A stretch of 64,000 nucleotides of DNA. It comes from an uncultured delta proteobacterium (GTDB taxonomy: Bacteria; Desulfobacterota; Desulfobacteria; Desulfobacterales; Desulfatirhabdiaceae). A program made the position numbers and the translations under genes. The notes beneath the pieces were generated by a model. The model searched no databases, had not been told where the DNA came from, and saw only the letters and a program-made list of their open reading frames with translations. Location: the NCBI GenBank assembly GCA_963789395.1, contig CAWBKP010000017.1, positions 32,001-96,000 on the forward strand. The letters are read 5' to 3'. Shown one piece after another: positions 52,930 through 62,901 of this stretch (position 1 is the stretch's first letter; the number at the start of each line of letters is the position of its first letter).

Positions 52930-53910
52930 ATGCTCAAATACCTGCCTAGTTCAGTTCGTGGGTGTATATCCCTGATGTTGTATTTTTTGAATACCATCAT
53001 GCTCACAACCCCCCTGCTGATCATTGCGGTCTTCAAGTTCGTGATTCCCGTCGGGATCTGGAGAAAGCGATGTGATGCGGTCATTAACTGGATAGCCGGA
53101 TCATGGATAGCGATCAACAACTGGAACATCCGGCTGACAAATCCTGCCAGGTGGGATGTTCAGGGAGTCGATGCCCTGGATAAAAAGGGCTGGTACATGG
53201 TCGTGGCTAACCATCAATCCTGGCTGGACATTCTGGTGCTTCAAAAAATTTTTCATGGGAAAATACCTTTTTTGAAGTTTTTTTTAAAAAAAGAGCTGAT
53301 CTGGGTTCCTTTACTGGGCCTGGCGTGGTGGGCGCTTGATTTCCCATTCATGAAGCGCCATACCAAATCCTATTTGAAAAAACATCCGGATCAGAAAGGA
53401 AAGGATCTGGAAATCACACAAAAAGCCTGTAAAAAATTCAAAACCATGCCCGTGTCGGTTATGAATTTTCTTGAAGGCACCCGGTTTACACCCGAGAAGC
53501 ACAGCAGGCAGCAGTCGCCTTTTGTGCATCTGCTCAAACCCAAAGCCGGCGGAATTGCTTTTGTCCTGGCGGCCATGGGAGAGCAGATGCATCAGATGCT
53601 GGATGTAACCATTGCCTACCCGGACGGGGCCAGAAATTTCTGGCAGTTTCTCTGTGGAGATGTCAGGGAAATTCGGGTGCGTGTGGAATCTCGCCCCATT
53701 GATCCGGAACTGATCGGGAATTATTTTACGAACAAAAAGTTTCGTGTTACGTTTCAAAATCATTTGAACAAGATGTGGGCGGAAAAAGACGCACTGCTTT
53801 GCTCATTGCTGGGTCAACCTGCCGCGTCCATTGTTCCGGCATCCGAAACGGAGAATGCCAAAAGCCCCGGCATTCACCGTAAAATGGATCCTGACATGAT
53901 TCAATCCTGA
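52930..53910 (+). CDS. YihG-like acyltransferase
   Basis: NHQSWLD, FFLKKELIWVP, FLEGTRF, LLKPKAGG. Confidence 0.9.
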   Translation: MLKYLPSSVRGCISLMLYFLNTIMLTTPLLIIAVFKFVIPVGIWRKRCDAVINWIAGSWIAINNWNIRLTNPARWDVQGVDALDKKGWYMVVANHQSWLDILVLQKIFHGKIPFLKFFLKKELIWVPLLGLAWWALDFPFMKRHTKSYLKKHPDQKGKDLEITQKACKKFKTMPVSVMNFLEGTRFTPEKHSRQQSPFVHLLKPKAGGIAFVLAAMGEQMHQMLDVTIAYPDGARNFWQFLCGDVREIRVRVESRPIDPELIGNYFTNKKFRVTFQNHLNKMWAEKDALLCSLLGQPAASIVPASETENAKSPGIHRKMDPDMIQS

Positions 53911-53984
53911 TAGCCATCATCAACATTCCGACCTGCTTCCGGCTGGAAAGCCGGGTGTCTTAAAGGGACTGTGTTTTTTCCTGA

Positions 53985-54013
53985 TTGACAACGCGTTGTA
54001 TTTTATCTATTGT
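53985..54013 (+). promoter_or_regulatory. Sigma70-type promoter
   Basis: TTGACA, 17 nt, TATTGT (alternative TATACT at 54015-54020). Confidence 0.55.
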
Positions 54014-54232
54014 ATATACTGATGTGGGCTTACGGTCGCTCAAATTATGCTGACAAACGGCCTTTAATCAGCTAATTGCGGTAGAGAGGCATGATTGCCG
54101 CCGCCGTTTCCGCTAAAGGGGTAGTAATAAACCATCATGTGTTTTAGTATGTTGCCGTATGAAAGTGAACTTGCATCAAGTAGCTTGTCACTTTATACAG
54201 ACAGACCCTGACAACAACAAAAGGATCAAACC

Positions 54233-54730
54233 ATGCGTTTACATACCAGACGAAATGCGTTGATCGCCGGCTGCCTGGGGCTCTGCATTGTGATATTATC
54301 GTCCTGTTCCATGCCTGGCCAGCGGGTTGAACCGCCGCAGATCACCCTTTCTTCCATTAAGATTCAGGATATCAACCTCTTTGAAGCTGTGATTCATATT
54401 GAAGTGCGGGTTGTTAACCCGCAGGATGCGACCTATGATATTAAAGGCATAGACTGTGTGCTGGATATGGATCAGGTTAAGCTTGCATCCGGTGTTTCCA
54501 ATATCCCGACCCATATACCATCGCTTGAATCCGCAGTGATTCCCTTGACGATTTATTCTTCAGTCGAAGACATGGCAAAATGTTTAAGAGAACTGAAAGG
54601 TAAAGATAGAATCAATTATAACATCAAGGGAAAACTGCATCTTGCCGGAGGATTTTTAAAACCGTCCATGATCGCTTTCAATACCGATGGCCAGATTTCT
54701 TTGGAAGGGTTGAAAAATCTCAAGCTATAA
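54233..54730 (+). CDS. LEA-2/WHy domain lipoprotein
   Basis: Lipobox LSSC; VVNPQ (NPN-like) motif, LASG. Confidence 0.8.
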   Translation: MRLHTRRNALIAGCLGLCIVILSSCSMPGQRVEPPQITLSSIKIQDINLFEAVIHIEVRVVNPQDATYDIKGIDCVLDMDQVKLASGVSNIPTHIPSLESAVIPLTIYSSVEDMAKCLRELKGKDRINYNIKGKLHLAGGFLKPSMIAFNTDGQISLEGLKNLKL

Positions 54731-54750
54731 CCCATCGCAGTCCCCGGATA

Positions 54751-55182
54751 TCAGTCCTTCTGGTTGATCAGCTGTTTTACAGCCTCCAGCAGCGGAGATT
54801 TCAGCGGACGCCATCTTGGTTTGATCGCCTTGTCTTCCTGCCATTCAAATTCTACAGCCTCCAGCCGTTCCGGAATCACCCGCTCCCCTTGCTGGCCATA
54901 TGTCGTCTGGGGATAATATTCTATCCAGAGCATTCTGGACGGATCTATATTGAAGTCATTGGTCACGCAGGTTGCGATGTGGCCCGTACAACTTCTAATG
55001 GTCATCTTGCTTTCCGGAACATCCGTGATCACAATGATAATGGGTTTCAGAAACGAGATCCCTTTTGAAGTCAGGTCTTTTCTGAGATCAAATATCCGCA
55101 GCCTGCACTTCCCATTTCCCAGCCGCAGTTTTCCTCCCCAGCCATCCCATGAATAGACGTTGTCGTATGTCAGCATAATCAT
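54751..55182 (-). CDS. Conserved hypothetical protein
   Basis: 143-aa ORF with GAGG RBS, directly downstream of rsmA. Confidence 0.7.
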   Translation of the reverse strand: MIMLTYDNVYSWDGWGGKLRLGNGKCRLRIFDLRKDLTSKGISFLKPIIIVITDVPESKMTIRSCTGHIATCVTNDFNIDPSRMLWIEYYPQTTYGQQGERVIPERLEAVEFEWQEDKAIKPRWRPLKSPLLEAVKQLINQKD

Positions 55183-55204
55183 CCTCAAATAAAGAAGTCA
55201 GTGG

Positions 55205-56077
55205 TCAGCCTTCAAGCCTTGGAGTTTCATCATTGATAAGATTGCCCAGACAATTGCTGAGTGCAACAAATTCTGCGACAGACAGTGTTTCCGCCCGGCG
55301 GGATGGGGCAATGGATGAGCATGTTAATGCCTTTTCAGCCAGTTGGCCGGAGATTCCCAGACTGCTTGATGAAAGCGCATTTTTCAGGGTTTTCCGGCGC
55401 TTTCCAAAAGAAGCCTGAATCACCCGTGACAGAAAAACATCATCATCAGCCGGGTAGGGCAAATGGGATTTAAATCGGATTTCAACAACTTCTGAATCCA
55501 CTTTGGGTTTCGGGAAAAACAGGTGCGATTTAACGGTTGCAAGCGTGCTGACATCGGCGCAGTATTTCAGCATCACCGTAATGCGGCCATAATCCTTTAC
55601 ACCTGGATCCGAGGTGATACGTTCGGCAAGTTCTTTTTGAAACATGAGAATAGCACGGGAAACAGCATTTCGGTTTTGAATCAGTTGAATCAATACCTGG
55701 GATGAAATATTGTAGGGCAAATTCCCCATGACAACAAGCGGATGGCCTGCCTGATCGGCGATTTCATGCACATTTACCTTCAGGATGTCGTTTTCAATTA
55801 TTGTCACATTGGATAATGGGCCGGAGGCGACCAAGGACTTCAGGATTCCGGCAATCTGATGGTCTTTTTCAACCGCAATGACTTGCCGGGCGCATTTTGC
55901 CAGTGGGAAAGTCAGTGCGCCGAGGCCCGGTCCAATTTCAAGAACGGTATCGGATGCGCCGATCCTGGCACGCGAAACAATCATTTCCGCGGTTGATGGA
56001 TCTGACAAAAAATTCTGGCCCAGTTGCTTCTTGGCATGAAGATCCATACTGCTTAAAAGGGTTCTTGGAGATGTCAT
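55205..56077 (-). CDS. rsmA: 16S rRNA dimethyladenosine transferase
   Basis: LGQNFL, EIGPGLG, GNLPYNIS, QKE, PKPKVDS, RRAETLS. Confidence 0.96.
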   Translation of the reverse strand: MTSPRTLLSSMDLHAKKQLGQNFLSDPSTAEMIVSRARIGASDTVLEIGPGLGALTFPLAKCARQVIAVEKDHQIAGILKSLVASGPLSNVTIIENDILKVNVHEIADQAGHPLVVMGNLPYNISSQVLIQLIQNRNAVSRAILMFQKELAERITSDPGVKDYGRITVMLKYCADVSTLATVKSHLFFPKPKVDSEVVEIRFKSHLPYPADDDVFLSRVIQASFGKRRKTLKNALSSSSLGISGQLAEKALTCSSIAPSRRAETLSVAEFVALSNCLGNLINDETPRLEG

Positions 56078-56163
56078 GCAGATAGCCTTTAATTCGTGTT
56101 TGAACGGACTATCCATTCAAACACGAGTTGTCTCTTTTCGATAAATGGATAAAATGAACCGGT

Positions 56164-57000
56164 CTATCCTGCCATGACCGGGTTGATGATGCTGCCGATG
56201 GATTCGATGCTGCATTCCACGACATTTCCCGCCTTCAGAACAATGGGAGGATCTCTGAATATCCCGACGCCGGAAGGCGTACCGGTTGAAATTATGTCTC
56301 CTGGAATCAGGGTCATGTCTTTGCTGATATACTCGATCAGAAAAGGGATATCAAAAATCATATCAGATGTATTGCCATCTTGCATCACAACGCCGTCAAC
56401 TCGCGTTGTCAATTGCAGATTGTTGATATTGTCGATCTCATCGGGAGTGACCAGAACCGGGCCAAGCGGGGCGAACGTATCAAAGGATTTCCCTCTGAAC
56501 CATTGGGTGTCGCCAAACTGCGCCTCCCTTGCCGAAACATCGTTCATAACGGCAAAACCGGCAACATGCGCCATGGCATGGGTCCGGGAAATCCGCCTGC
56601 ATGTTTTGCCGATAATCACTGCAAGCTCTACCTCCCAGTCAACCTGGCCGCTGCTTTTGGGAAGCACAATCGGATCAAAGGGTCCGCTGAGCGCGCTGGT
56701 GGCTTTACAAAACAATAGCGGCTTGTCCGGATTGTCAAAACCGCCTTCCTTGGCATGTTCAGCGTAATTTTTCCCCAGACAAATGATCTTGGACGGTCGG
56801 TGAATCGGGCTTGTCAAGCGGACATCCAAAGCAATGCCAGGGGTATTGACGCTGAACAGTTTTTCCAGCCAGCCTTCTGAAAAAAAAGTTTCACCAATGT
56901 CCGGAATTGAAGGAAAAATCGTTCTCAGGTCCACAATAAGACCATCTTTCCAAAGGCCGGGCTTTACTTCACCATTGTGAATCATTCGAATCAGTTTCAT
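56164..57000 (-). CDS. Fumarylacetoacetate hydrolase family protein
   Basis: GKNYAEH, DWEVEL, NDVSAR, GKSFDTF, TGTPSGVG. Confidence 0.94.
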   Translation of the reverse strand: MKLIRMIHNGEVKPGLWKDGLIVDLRTIFPSIPDIGETFFSEGWLEKLFSVNTPGIALDVRLTSPIHRPSKIICLGKNYAEHAKEGGFDNPDKPLLFCKATSALSGPFDPIVLPKSSGQVDWEVELAVIIGKTCRRISRTHAMAHVAGFAVMNDVSAREAQFGDTQWFRGKSFDTFAPLGPVLVTPDEIDNINNLQLTTRVDGVVMQDGNTSDMIFDIPFLIEYISKDMTLIPGDIISTGTPSGVGIFRDPPIVLKAGNVVECSIESIGSIINPVMAG

Positions 57001-57250
57001 ATGGGCAACTATCCTTTCGATGGTTCATCATGTAAGCAGCATACCACTTACGGGTAAGAATGCAATTTGTAAATACATCAAGTCCATGCAAACCGTATGT
57101 TCAACGTTAATTGCTCACGCTTTCAGATGGATGAATTCTTGACATTACAGCGCCATTTTTATACATATCCCCAAATAATATTTGTCGTATGTTTCGAACC
57201 GAAGGAATCGGCAGTCTAACCTGTTTTGTCAAATCAGAAAGGAGAATCGC

Positions 57251-57925
57251 ATGAATATCTTGTTTTTTGGACCGAATGGCAGTGGCAAGGGAACCCAGGG
57301 TGCAATATTGAAGGATAAGTACAACACTCCCCATATCGAGTCCGGGGCAATTTTTCGAGAGAATATCGGAAAAGGAACTGAATTGGGCGCCAAGGCCAAG
57401 GCCTATATCGACAAAGGAGATCTGGTTCCGGATGAAATCACCATCCCCATGATTCTCGACCGCATGAAACAGCCTGATTGTAAGAACGGATGGCTTCTGG
57501 ATGGTTTTCCGCGAAATAAAAATCAGGCCATCAAGCTGGATGAGGCGCTCAAGGCCGAAGGTCTGGCACTGGATATCGTGATTGAAATTCTTCTGGATCG
57601 CGAAACCGCAAAAAACAGAATCATGGGGCGCAGATTGTGCGTCAAGGACAACAACCACCCGAATAATATTTACATTGACGCCATTATGCCAAAGGACGGC
57701 AAATGCAGGGTTTGCGGCGGCGAGCTGAAAACTCGCGCCGATGATCAGGATGAAGCCGCTATCGGTAAACGTCATGACATTTATTACAATACCATAGATG
57801 GAACGCTGGCGTCCGCCTATTATTTCAGAGATCTGGCGGCTGCCGGAAAAGGTATTCGATACATTACGCTGGATGGAAAACCGAGCGTTAAGGAAGTGCA
57901 AGCTGAACTGATTTCCAAGCTGTAA
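57251..57925 (+). CDS. adk: Adenylate kinase
   Basis: GPNGSGKGTQ, GDLVPD, LDGFPR; LID C-x5-H-x15-C-x2-C. Confidence 0.97.
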   Translation: MNILFFGPNGSGKGTQGAILKDKYNTPHIESGAIFRENIGKGTELGAKAKAYIDKGDLVPDEITIPMILDRMKQPDCKNGWLLDGFPRNKNQAIKLDEALKAEGLALDIVIEILLDRETAKNRIMGRRLCVKDNNHPNNIYIDAIMPKDGKCRVCGGELKTRADDQDEAAIGKRHDIYYNTIDGTLASAYYFRDLAAAGKGIRYITLDGKPSVKEVQAELISKL

Positions 57926-58095
57926 GGTCTCAGAATTTTCAGCCCCCTGTTTTTTCCAGAATTTCGAGAATTTTTATTCGAATTTTCTTGAATAAATTTG
58001 TTTTTTTGGATATCATTATAAAATATATGAAAGAAATGAACCACAGCTGATATCGGACGCAGGAAATCGGGGTGGTAAAGAAGGGGGCGAATAAG

Positions 58096-58302
58096 GTGAA
58101 GGAAATTCAGGTCAAGGTTTTTGATAACGATCTGGAAAAGGCCATGCGTATTTTGAAAAAAAAGATTCAGAATGATGGCCTTTTCAAACGGCTCAAGCTT
58201 AAAAAGAGTTATGAAAAACCAAGCGAATACAAACGGCGCAAACAGCGTGAAGCCATCAGAAGACAGCGAATTGCCGCATCCAGAAGCAAGGCTTCAAGAT
58301 AG
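58096..58302 (+). CDS. rpsU: 30S ribosomal protein S21
   Basis: LEKAMRILKKK, YEKPSE..RRK. Confidence 0.93.
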   Translation: MKEIQVKVFDNDLEKAMRILKKKIQNDGLFKRLKLKKSYEKPSEYKRRKQREAIRRQRIAASRSKASR

Positions 58303-58327
58303 CATTTACCCCAAGGAATAATCCCTT

Positions 58328-58362
58328 AGCCCGGCAGAAATTCATTTTTGCCGGGCTTTTTT
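58328..58362 (+). terminator. Intrinsic terminator after rpsU
   Basis: AGCCCGGCAGAAA...TTTTTGCCGGGC followed by T6. Confidence 0.85.
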
Positions 58363-59673
58363 ATGTCTATGAAACCAAATCCTCCCGCAACGTATTCAGA
58401 TTGCCTGAAGTCAATGTATGGTCTTCGCCGTTTCGGCATCAAGCTGGGCCTGTCGACCATACGCCAGATTTTGTCCGGCCTCGGCAATCCTCAGCACCGT
58501 TTTGCCTGCATTCATGTAGCCGGAACCAATGGAAAAGGGTCAGTGGCATCTTTTCTTGCCGCGATTCTAACGGCATCCGGCCACAAGGTGGGGCTTTACA
58601 CGTCTCCGCATCTGGTCCGGTTCAATGAACGGATATGTGTCAACAATCAACAGATTTCCGATGAAAACGTGGTCTCCGCATATCGGGCAGTGACTGATGT
58701 ATTTGTCGGGGACCGGGAGCCTACATTTTTTGAATATACCACGGCCATGGCACTTTATGAATTTGGCAGGCAGGCCGTGGACTGGGCAGTTATTGAAACC
58801 GGAATGGGAGGACGGCTGGATGCCACAAATATCCTTCAGCCCGTGGTTTCGATCATCACCAATGTATCCCTGGAACATCAGGCGTATCTGGGGACGACCC
58901 TTGCAGAAATCGCCGGCGAAAAAGGCGGGATCATCAAGCGCGATACCCCGGTTGTTACGGCCGTTTCCCAGCCTGCTGCCATTTCTGTCCTGGAGAATCT
59001 GGCATCAGCATTGTCTGCGCCGTTATTTCGGCTGAAAAAGGATTTCAGGGTTCGAAGACATGCCAACCACAGTTTTTCCTATTATGGCCTGGATCATGTG
59101 TGGCGGGGTATTACCATCAGTCTGACGGGAAGTCATCAGGTGGAGAACGCGGCGCTGGTTCTGGCAGCTTGTGAACTGCTTAACCGGAAAAACACGGTCA
59201 TTTCTCTAAAGCATATTCAGGCCGGTCTAAACACTACCCGCTGGCCCGGGCGCCTGGAAGTGGTTTCCGATCATCCGATGATTATCCTGGACGGGGCCCA
59301 TAATCTGAATGCGTCCAGAGAGCTGGCAAAATATCTGAAAACGGAACTCAAAGGCCGCAACATTACCCTTGTTGTGGGCGTTCTGGAGGACAAGCCTTAT
59401 GCCGCCATTCTTGCAAACCTGCTTTCCGTATGTTCCCGGGTGATCCTGACAAGTCCGAAAATTGACCGCGCACTTCCCGTAGATGTCCTCTATCCGATTG
59501 CAGCCGCCATAACGCCTGATGTTCACATGATACCGGATGTTTCCCGTGCCATTGCCTTTGCCGTTAACACTGCGCGGCCTGATGACGTGATCTGTGTGGC
59601 CGGCTCGCTGTATGTCGTGGGAGAAGCAAAGGCATTTCTGAGCCCATCCGAAGAAGGTGTTCAGTATATGTAA
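58363..59673 (+). CDS. folC: Folylpolyglutamate synthase/dihydrofolate synthase
   Basis: HVAGTNGKGS, YTSPHL, ETGMGGRLDATN, WPGRLE, LDGAHN. Confidence 0.96.
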   Translation: MSMKPNPPATYSDCLKSMYGLRRFGIKLGLSTIRQILSGLGNPQHRFACIHVAGTNGKGSVASFLAAILTASGHKVGLYTSPHLVRFNERICVNNQQISDENVVSAYRAVTDVFVGDREPTFFEYTTAMALYEFGRQAVDWAVIETGMGGRLDATNILQPVVSIITNVSLEHQAYLGTTLAEIAGEKGGIIKRDTPVVTAVSQPAAISVLENLASALSAPLFRLKKDFRVRRHANHSFSYYGLDHVWRGITISLTGSHQVENAALVLAACELLNRKNTVISLKHIQAGLNTTRWPGRLEVVSDHPMIILDGAHNLNASRELAKYLKTELKGRNITLVVGVLEDKPYAAILANLLSVCSRVILTSPKIDRALPVDVLYPIAAAITPDVHMIPDVSRAIAFAVNTARPDDVICVAGSLYVVGEAKAFLSPSEEGVQYM

Positions 59674-59720
59674 CGAATCAGCATCATGATTCTGGGATTC
59701 CGGCATTGATTTCATATAGC

Positions 59721-59749
59721 TTGACTTATTCATCAGGTTCATTTACTAT
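59721..59749 (+). promoter_or_regulatory. Sigma70-type promoter of tRNA-Arg
   Basis: TTGACT, 17 nt, TACTAT. Confidence 0.65.
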
Positions 59750-59800
59750 CTCAACATAAGCAGATAGCTGTTTTTGCTTAACTTCTGCTTAACATGATGT

Positions 59801-59876
59801 GCGCCCGTGGCCCAGGGGATAGGGCGTCAGCCTCCGGAGCTGAAGACCGCTGGTTCAAGTCCAGCCGGGCGTACCA
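59801..59876 (+). tRNA. tRNA-Arg (anticodon CCG)
   Basis: Acceptor GCGCCCG/CGGGCGT, anticodon arm TCAGC-CTCCGGA-GCTGA, T arm GCTGG-TTCAAGT-CCAGC, encoded CCA. Confidence 0.97.
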
Positions 59877-59934
59877 TTTAACTTCCTCGTTAGTTCTTTT
59901 TCTATAAGAGACATTTCCTTGCGGTAACCTATTC

Positions 59935-60594
59935 ATGAAACATATCTGGATTATCGGTGCAGGCCGATTTGGGAAAAAAGCCGTATCTGCCATAAAAAAA
60001 CGCTTTCCGGAAACCGTCATCACTGTGGTGGACCACTGTTCGAATGCCTGCGACGCCATCGCTGAGCCGGGCCTTACCACGGTATGCATGGACGGTGTTT
60101 CATTTCTGAACCGCCGCCTTGTGGATGCAGATGAACCAATCTGGATCATACCGGTTATTCCGGTCCATATTGTCTATGAGTGGATCCGGTTGAGACTGTC
60201 GCCTGACATGTTGCTCGCTCCCATTGACGTTCCGGAAGACATCTGCAGTTTGCTGCCAAATGTCTTCCCAGGAAAGGCAGGCGAGATTTTTGTCAGCAAT
60301 GCCTCCTTTGTGTGCCCGGAAAACTGCTCCGAACCCCGAAATTTGTGTACCCATACCGGCATGCCCAGAAAACAATCCCTGTACCAGTCGATTGCGGCTC
60401 TTTCCCACGATGGTTTTCTGAATCTTGTCCTTCAAAGCGAGCAACTGGCTCCGGGAATCGGAGGGATTAAGCCTGGGGCACTATTTGATGCGCTCACGGC
60501 CGTTCAGCGGCATCCCGAATCCATTCTCCTGAGCACTGCCTGCAGGTGTCACGGGGTGGTTCAGGCATTCCGAAAAATCGCCATTGAAAGCTGA
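59935..60594 (+). CDS. Rossmann-fold (TrkA_N-like) protein with Cys-rich C-terminal part
   Basis: IIGAGRFG...VVD; CPENC..P..LC and STACRCHGV. Confidence 0.7.
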   Translation: MKHIWIIGAGRFGKKAVSAIKKRFPETVITVVDHCSNACDAIAEPGLTTVCMDGVSFLNRRLVDADEPIWIIPVIPVHIVYEWIRLRLSPDMLLAPIDVPEDICSLLPNVFPGKAGEIFVSNASFVCPENCSEPRNLCTHTGMPRKQSLYQSIAALSHDGFLNLVLQSEQLAPGIGGIKPGALFDALTAVQRHPESILLSTACRCHGVVQAFRKIAIES

Positions 60595-60672
60595 ATATCT
60601 CCATTTAGCCATGTATCGCGGTATTCGGTCAATCTGGGATTTTCCTTGATTTAACCCTCGTTTTTATGAATA

Positions 60673-61428
60673 ATGGCGCTTATGAGCTATATTTTCGACT
60701 TTCATACCGCCAGAGCCTACGAACAGTGGGCAAAAAGACCGGAAATCAAACGTACCGAGGCGTTTGAACAGTTACTGATGCTGGAGATGCTCAATCCTAT
60801 CCGGGGAAAGTCCGTACTGGAAGTCGGGTGTGGATCCGGATCCGGTCTGATCGCATTCATGGAAAAAGGTCTGGCGGTTACGGGTATTGACCCATCTCCA
60901 TACATGCTGGATATCGCCCATCGAAAAGTTGGCCATCGGGCGGATCTGCATCGTGCGGCAGGGGAAGATCTGCCTTTTGAAGATAATTCATTCCATTATG
61001 TCTGCCTGAATCTTACCCTGGAATTTGTTGATGATCACGAGTCGGTTATTGAGGAAGCCTGCCGCGTGGCAAAGGACAAGGTTTATATCGGAATGATGAA
61101 CCGGTTTGCTATGAAAGGATATCGCCAGCGCATCAATGGTATTTTGTCTGAAAATATTCGGGCTCAGTTACAGTATTTCAGTGTGGGTGAAATAAAAGTC
61201 ATTTTGCGCCGGCTTCTAGGCAATGTTCCCATTGATTCGCGGACCATTTATCATTTCCCGATATTGTTGATGAGGTTGCTTTATCGCATGGAACGATCCA
61301 GATTTTTGCAGCGCTTTCCTTTCGGCGCATATGCGGGCATTACGGCGGTTTTGGTTCCCCGGTTCAAAACCAAACCTTTGACCTTGAAGTACCAGCCGAA
61401 AACGACTGCCGGACCGGTTCCCGGATAA
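60673..61428 (+). CDS. Class I SAM-dependent methyltransferase
   Basis: VLEVGCGSG, GIDPS, EDLPFEDNSF. Confidence 0.9.
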   Translation: MALMSYIFDFHTARAYEQWAKRPEIKRTEAFEQLLMLEMLNPIRGKSVLEVGCGSGSGLIAFMEKGLAVTGIDPSPYMLDIAHRKVGHRADLHRAAGEDLPFEDNSFHYVCLNLTLEFVDDHESVIEEACRVAKDKVYIGMMNRFAMKGYRQRINGILSENIRAQLQYFSVGEIKVILRRLLGNVPIDSRTIYHFPILLMRLLYRMERSRFLQRFPFGAYAGITAVLVPRFKTKPLTLKYQPKTTAGPVPG

Positions 61429-61450
61429 ATCGGATGCCTAAGGAGGGCCA

Positions 61451-62479
61451 ATGGAAGCCTGTCTTTATGAACCGCTAAAAAACCTGAAGGTTCAGTGCCA
61501 TCTTTGCAGTCACCGGTGCGTGATATCCGAAGGCCAGCGGGGAAAATGCTGCGTCCGGGAAAACCAGGCGGGTGTTTTAAAAACGCTGGTTTACGGCAGA
61601 CTGATTGCTGGCCATGTGGATCCGATCGAAAAAAAACCTTTTTTTCACTTCATGCCCGGAAGCCTGTCATATTCCATCGCAACGGTCGGTTGTAATTTTT
61701 CATGCCGGTTCTGTCAAAATGCCGAAATTTCTCGAATGCCGGCGGATCAGAATGGAAAAATTTCAGGTGTCGTCTGCACGTCATCATCGGTTCTCGACGA
61801 AGCACAGAAAACCGGTTGCAAAAGCATTGCATTCACCTATACCGAGCCGACTGTTTTTTTTGAGTTTGCATTGGATACAGCGAAGATGGCGCATGAAAGA
61901 GGGATTCGAAACGTATTTGTGACCAATGGCTATATGACGCCGGAAGCCTTGGAGAAAATCCGTCCTTATCTGGATGCCGCCAATGTGGATTTAAAGGCTT
62001 TTCGGGAAAAATTTTATAAGGAAGTTTGCGGTGCCAGCCTCAAGCCGGTTCAGAAAACCCTTACCTTGATGAAAGCAATGGGAATACATCTTGAAGTTAC
62101 AACGCTGCTGATCCCAGACATGAATGATGATCCAGTCCAGCTTTCCGAAATGGCCGCTTTTATCGCAAGGGATCTTGGATCAGACACTCCCTGGCATATC
62201 AGCCGCTTTCACCCGACATATAAACTGACCGATTGCCCGCCGACGTCGTTAGACGCATTGGCTATTGCCAGAGAAATCGGGATTCAATCCGGCCTGAAAT
62301 ATGTTTATACCGGAAATGCTCCCGGCGATAACGGTGAAAACACCTATTGCCATCAATGCGGCAAACTGCTCATTGAAAGATGGGGGGTTGCCATTCGAAA
62401 AAACCGGATTGTGGACAGCTCTTGTGTGTTCTGCAATGCGCTGATTCCAGGGGTTGACATGTCCGGACAGCATACTTAG
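61451..62479 (+). CDS. amrS: AmmeMemoRadiSam system radical SAM enzyme
   Basis: CHLCSHRC, DPIEKKP, GCNFSCRFCQN, FTYTEP, WHISRFHP. Confidence 0.92.
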   Translation: MEACLYEPLKNLKVQCHLCSHRCVISEGQRGKCCVRENQAGVLKTLVYGRLIAGHVDPIEKKPFFHFMPGSLSYSIATVGCNFSCRFCQNAEISRMPADQNGKISGVVCTSSSVLDEAQKTGCKSIAFTYTEPTVFFEFALDTAKMAHERGIRNVFVTNGYMTPEALEKIRPYLDAANVDLKAFREKFYKEVCGASLKPVQKTLTLMKAMGIHLEVTTLLIPDMNDDPVQLSEMAAFIARDLGSDTPWHISRFHPTYKLTDCPPTSLDALAIAREIGIQSGLKYVYTGNAPGDNGENTYCHQCGKLLIERWGVAIRKNRIVDSSCVFCNALIPGVDMSGQHT

Positions 62480-62486
62480 GAATGCT

Positions 62487-62726
62487 ATGACAAAAGACAA
62501 AATCATGTTGCAGTTTATCTGGGCAATAGCCCTTATTCTGGCAGGTATCGGGATGTTTTTCAGAATTCCCCAGCTCATGCCACAGATCAAAGCCAATCCC
62601 CAATTTGCCGATGGTATCGGATTTATCTACTTTTGTTTGTACCTTCTGGGAATACTTCTTGTCGGCGGCGGCATTAAAAAAATGGCAAAAACGTATAAGC
62701 ATTACAGAGAAATGCGTTCATCATAA
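62487..62726 (+). CDS. Small two-TM membrane protein
   Basis: Two hydrophobic segments; AGGA RBS. Confidence 0.65.
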   Translation: MTKDKIMLQFIWAIALILAGIGMFFRIPQLMPQIKANPQFADGIGFIYFCLYLLGILLVGGGIKKMAKTYKHYREMRSS

Positions 62727-62901
62727 GCCCATACCCCTGCAGGTCGCACGTATATAGTGTTTTGTTTTCCGCATCCTCTCTGCTCCATATTTTCAAAAGC
62801 CACTTCTGCCGCCCTTTCCGCGGGCCGCCTTCGGGTCATCCTGCAGGCAACCCCAAAATAGGTCACTGCGCTTTATTTTTAACTGATGAAGGGGGGATCT
62901 T

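Noticed and set aside
54113..54210. Resemblance to the yybP-ykoY (Mn) riboswitch (AAAGGGGTAG...AGACCCT)
   Set aside because: Conserved GGGAGUA and GAGACC cores are imperfect and the downstream gene is not a typical target; kept only as an unassigned structured leader
59778..60149. 123-aa minus-strand ORF
   Set aside because: Overlaps tRNA-Arg and a plus-strand CDS; its WYARLDLNQR segment is the antisense translation of the tRNA
62730..62860. GC-rich stretch with two CCTGCAGG sites upstream of the GAF-PilB gene (c-di-GMP riboswitch considered)
   Set aside because: No GEMM core (GGCAAACC...GAAA...GACGCAAAGC) on either strand
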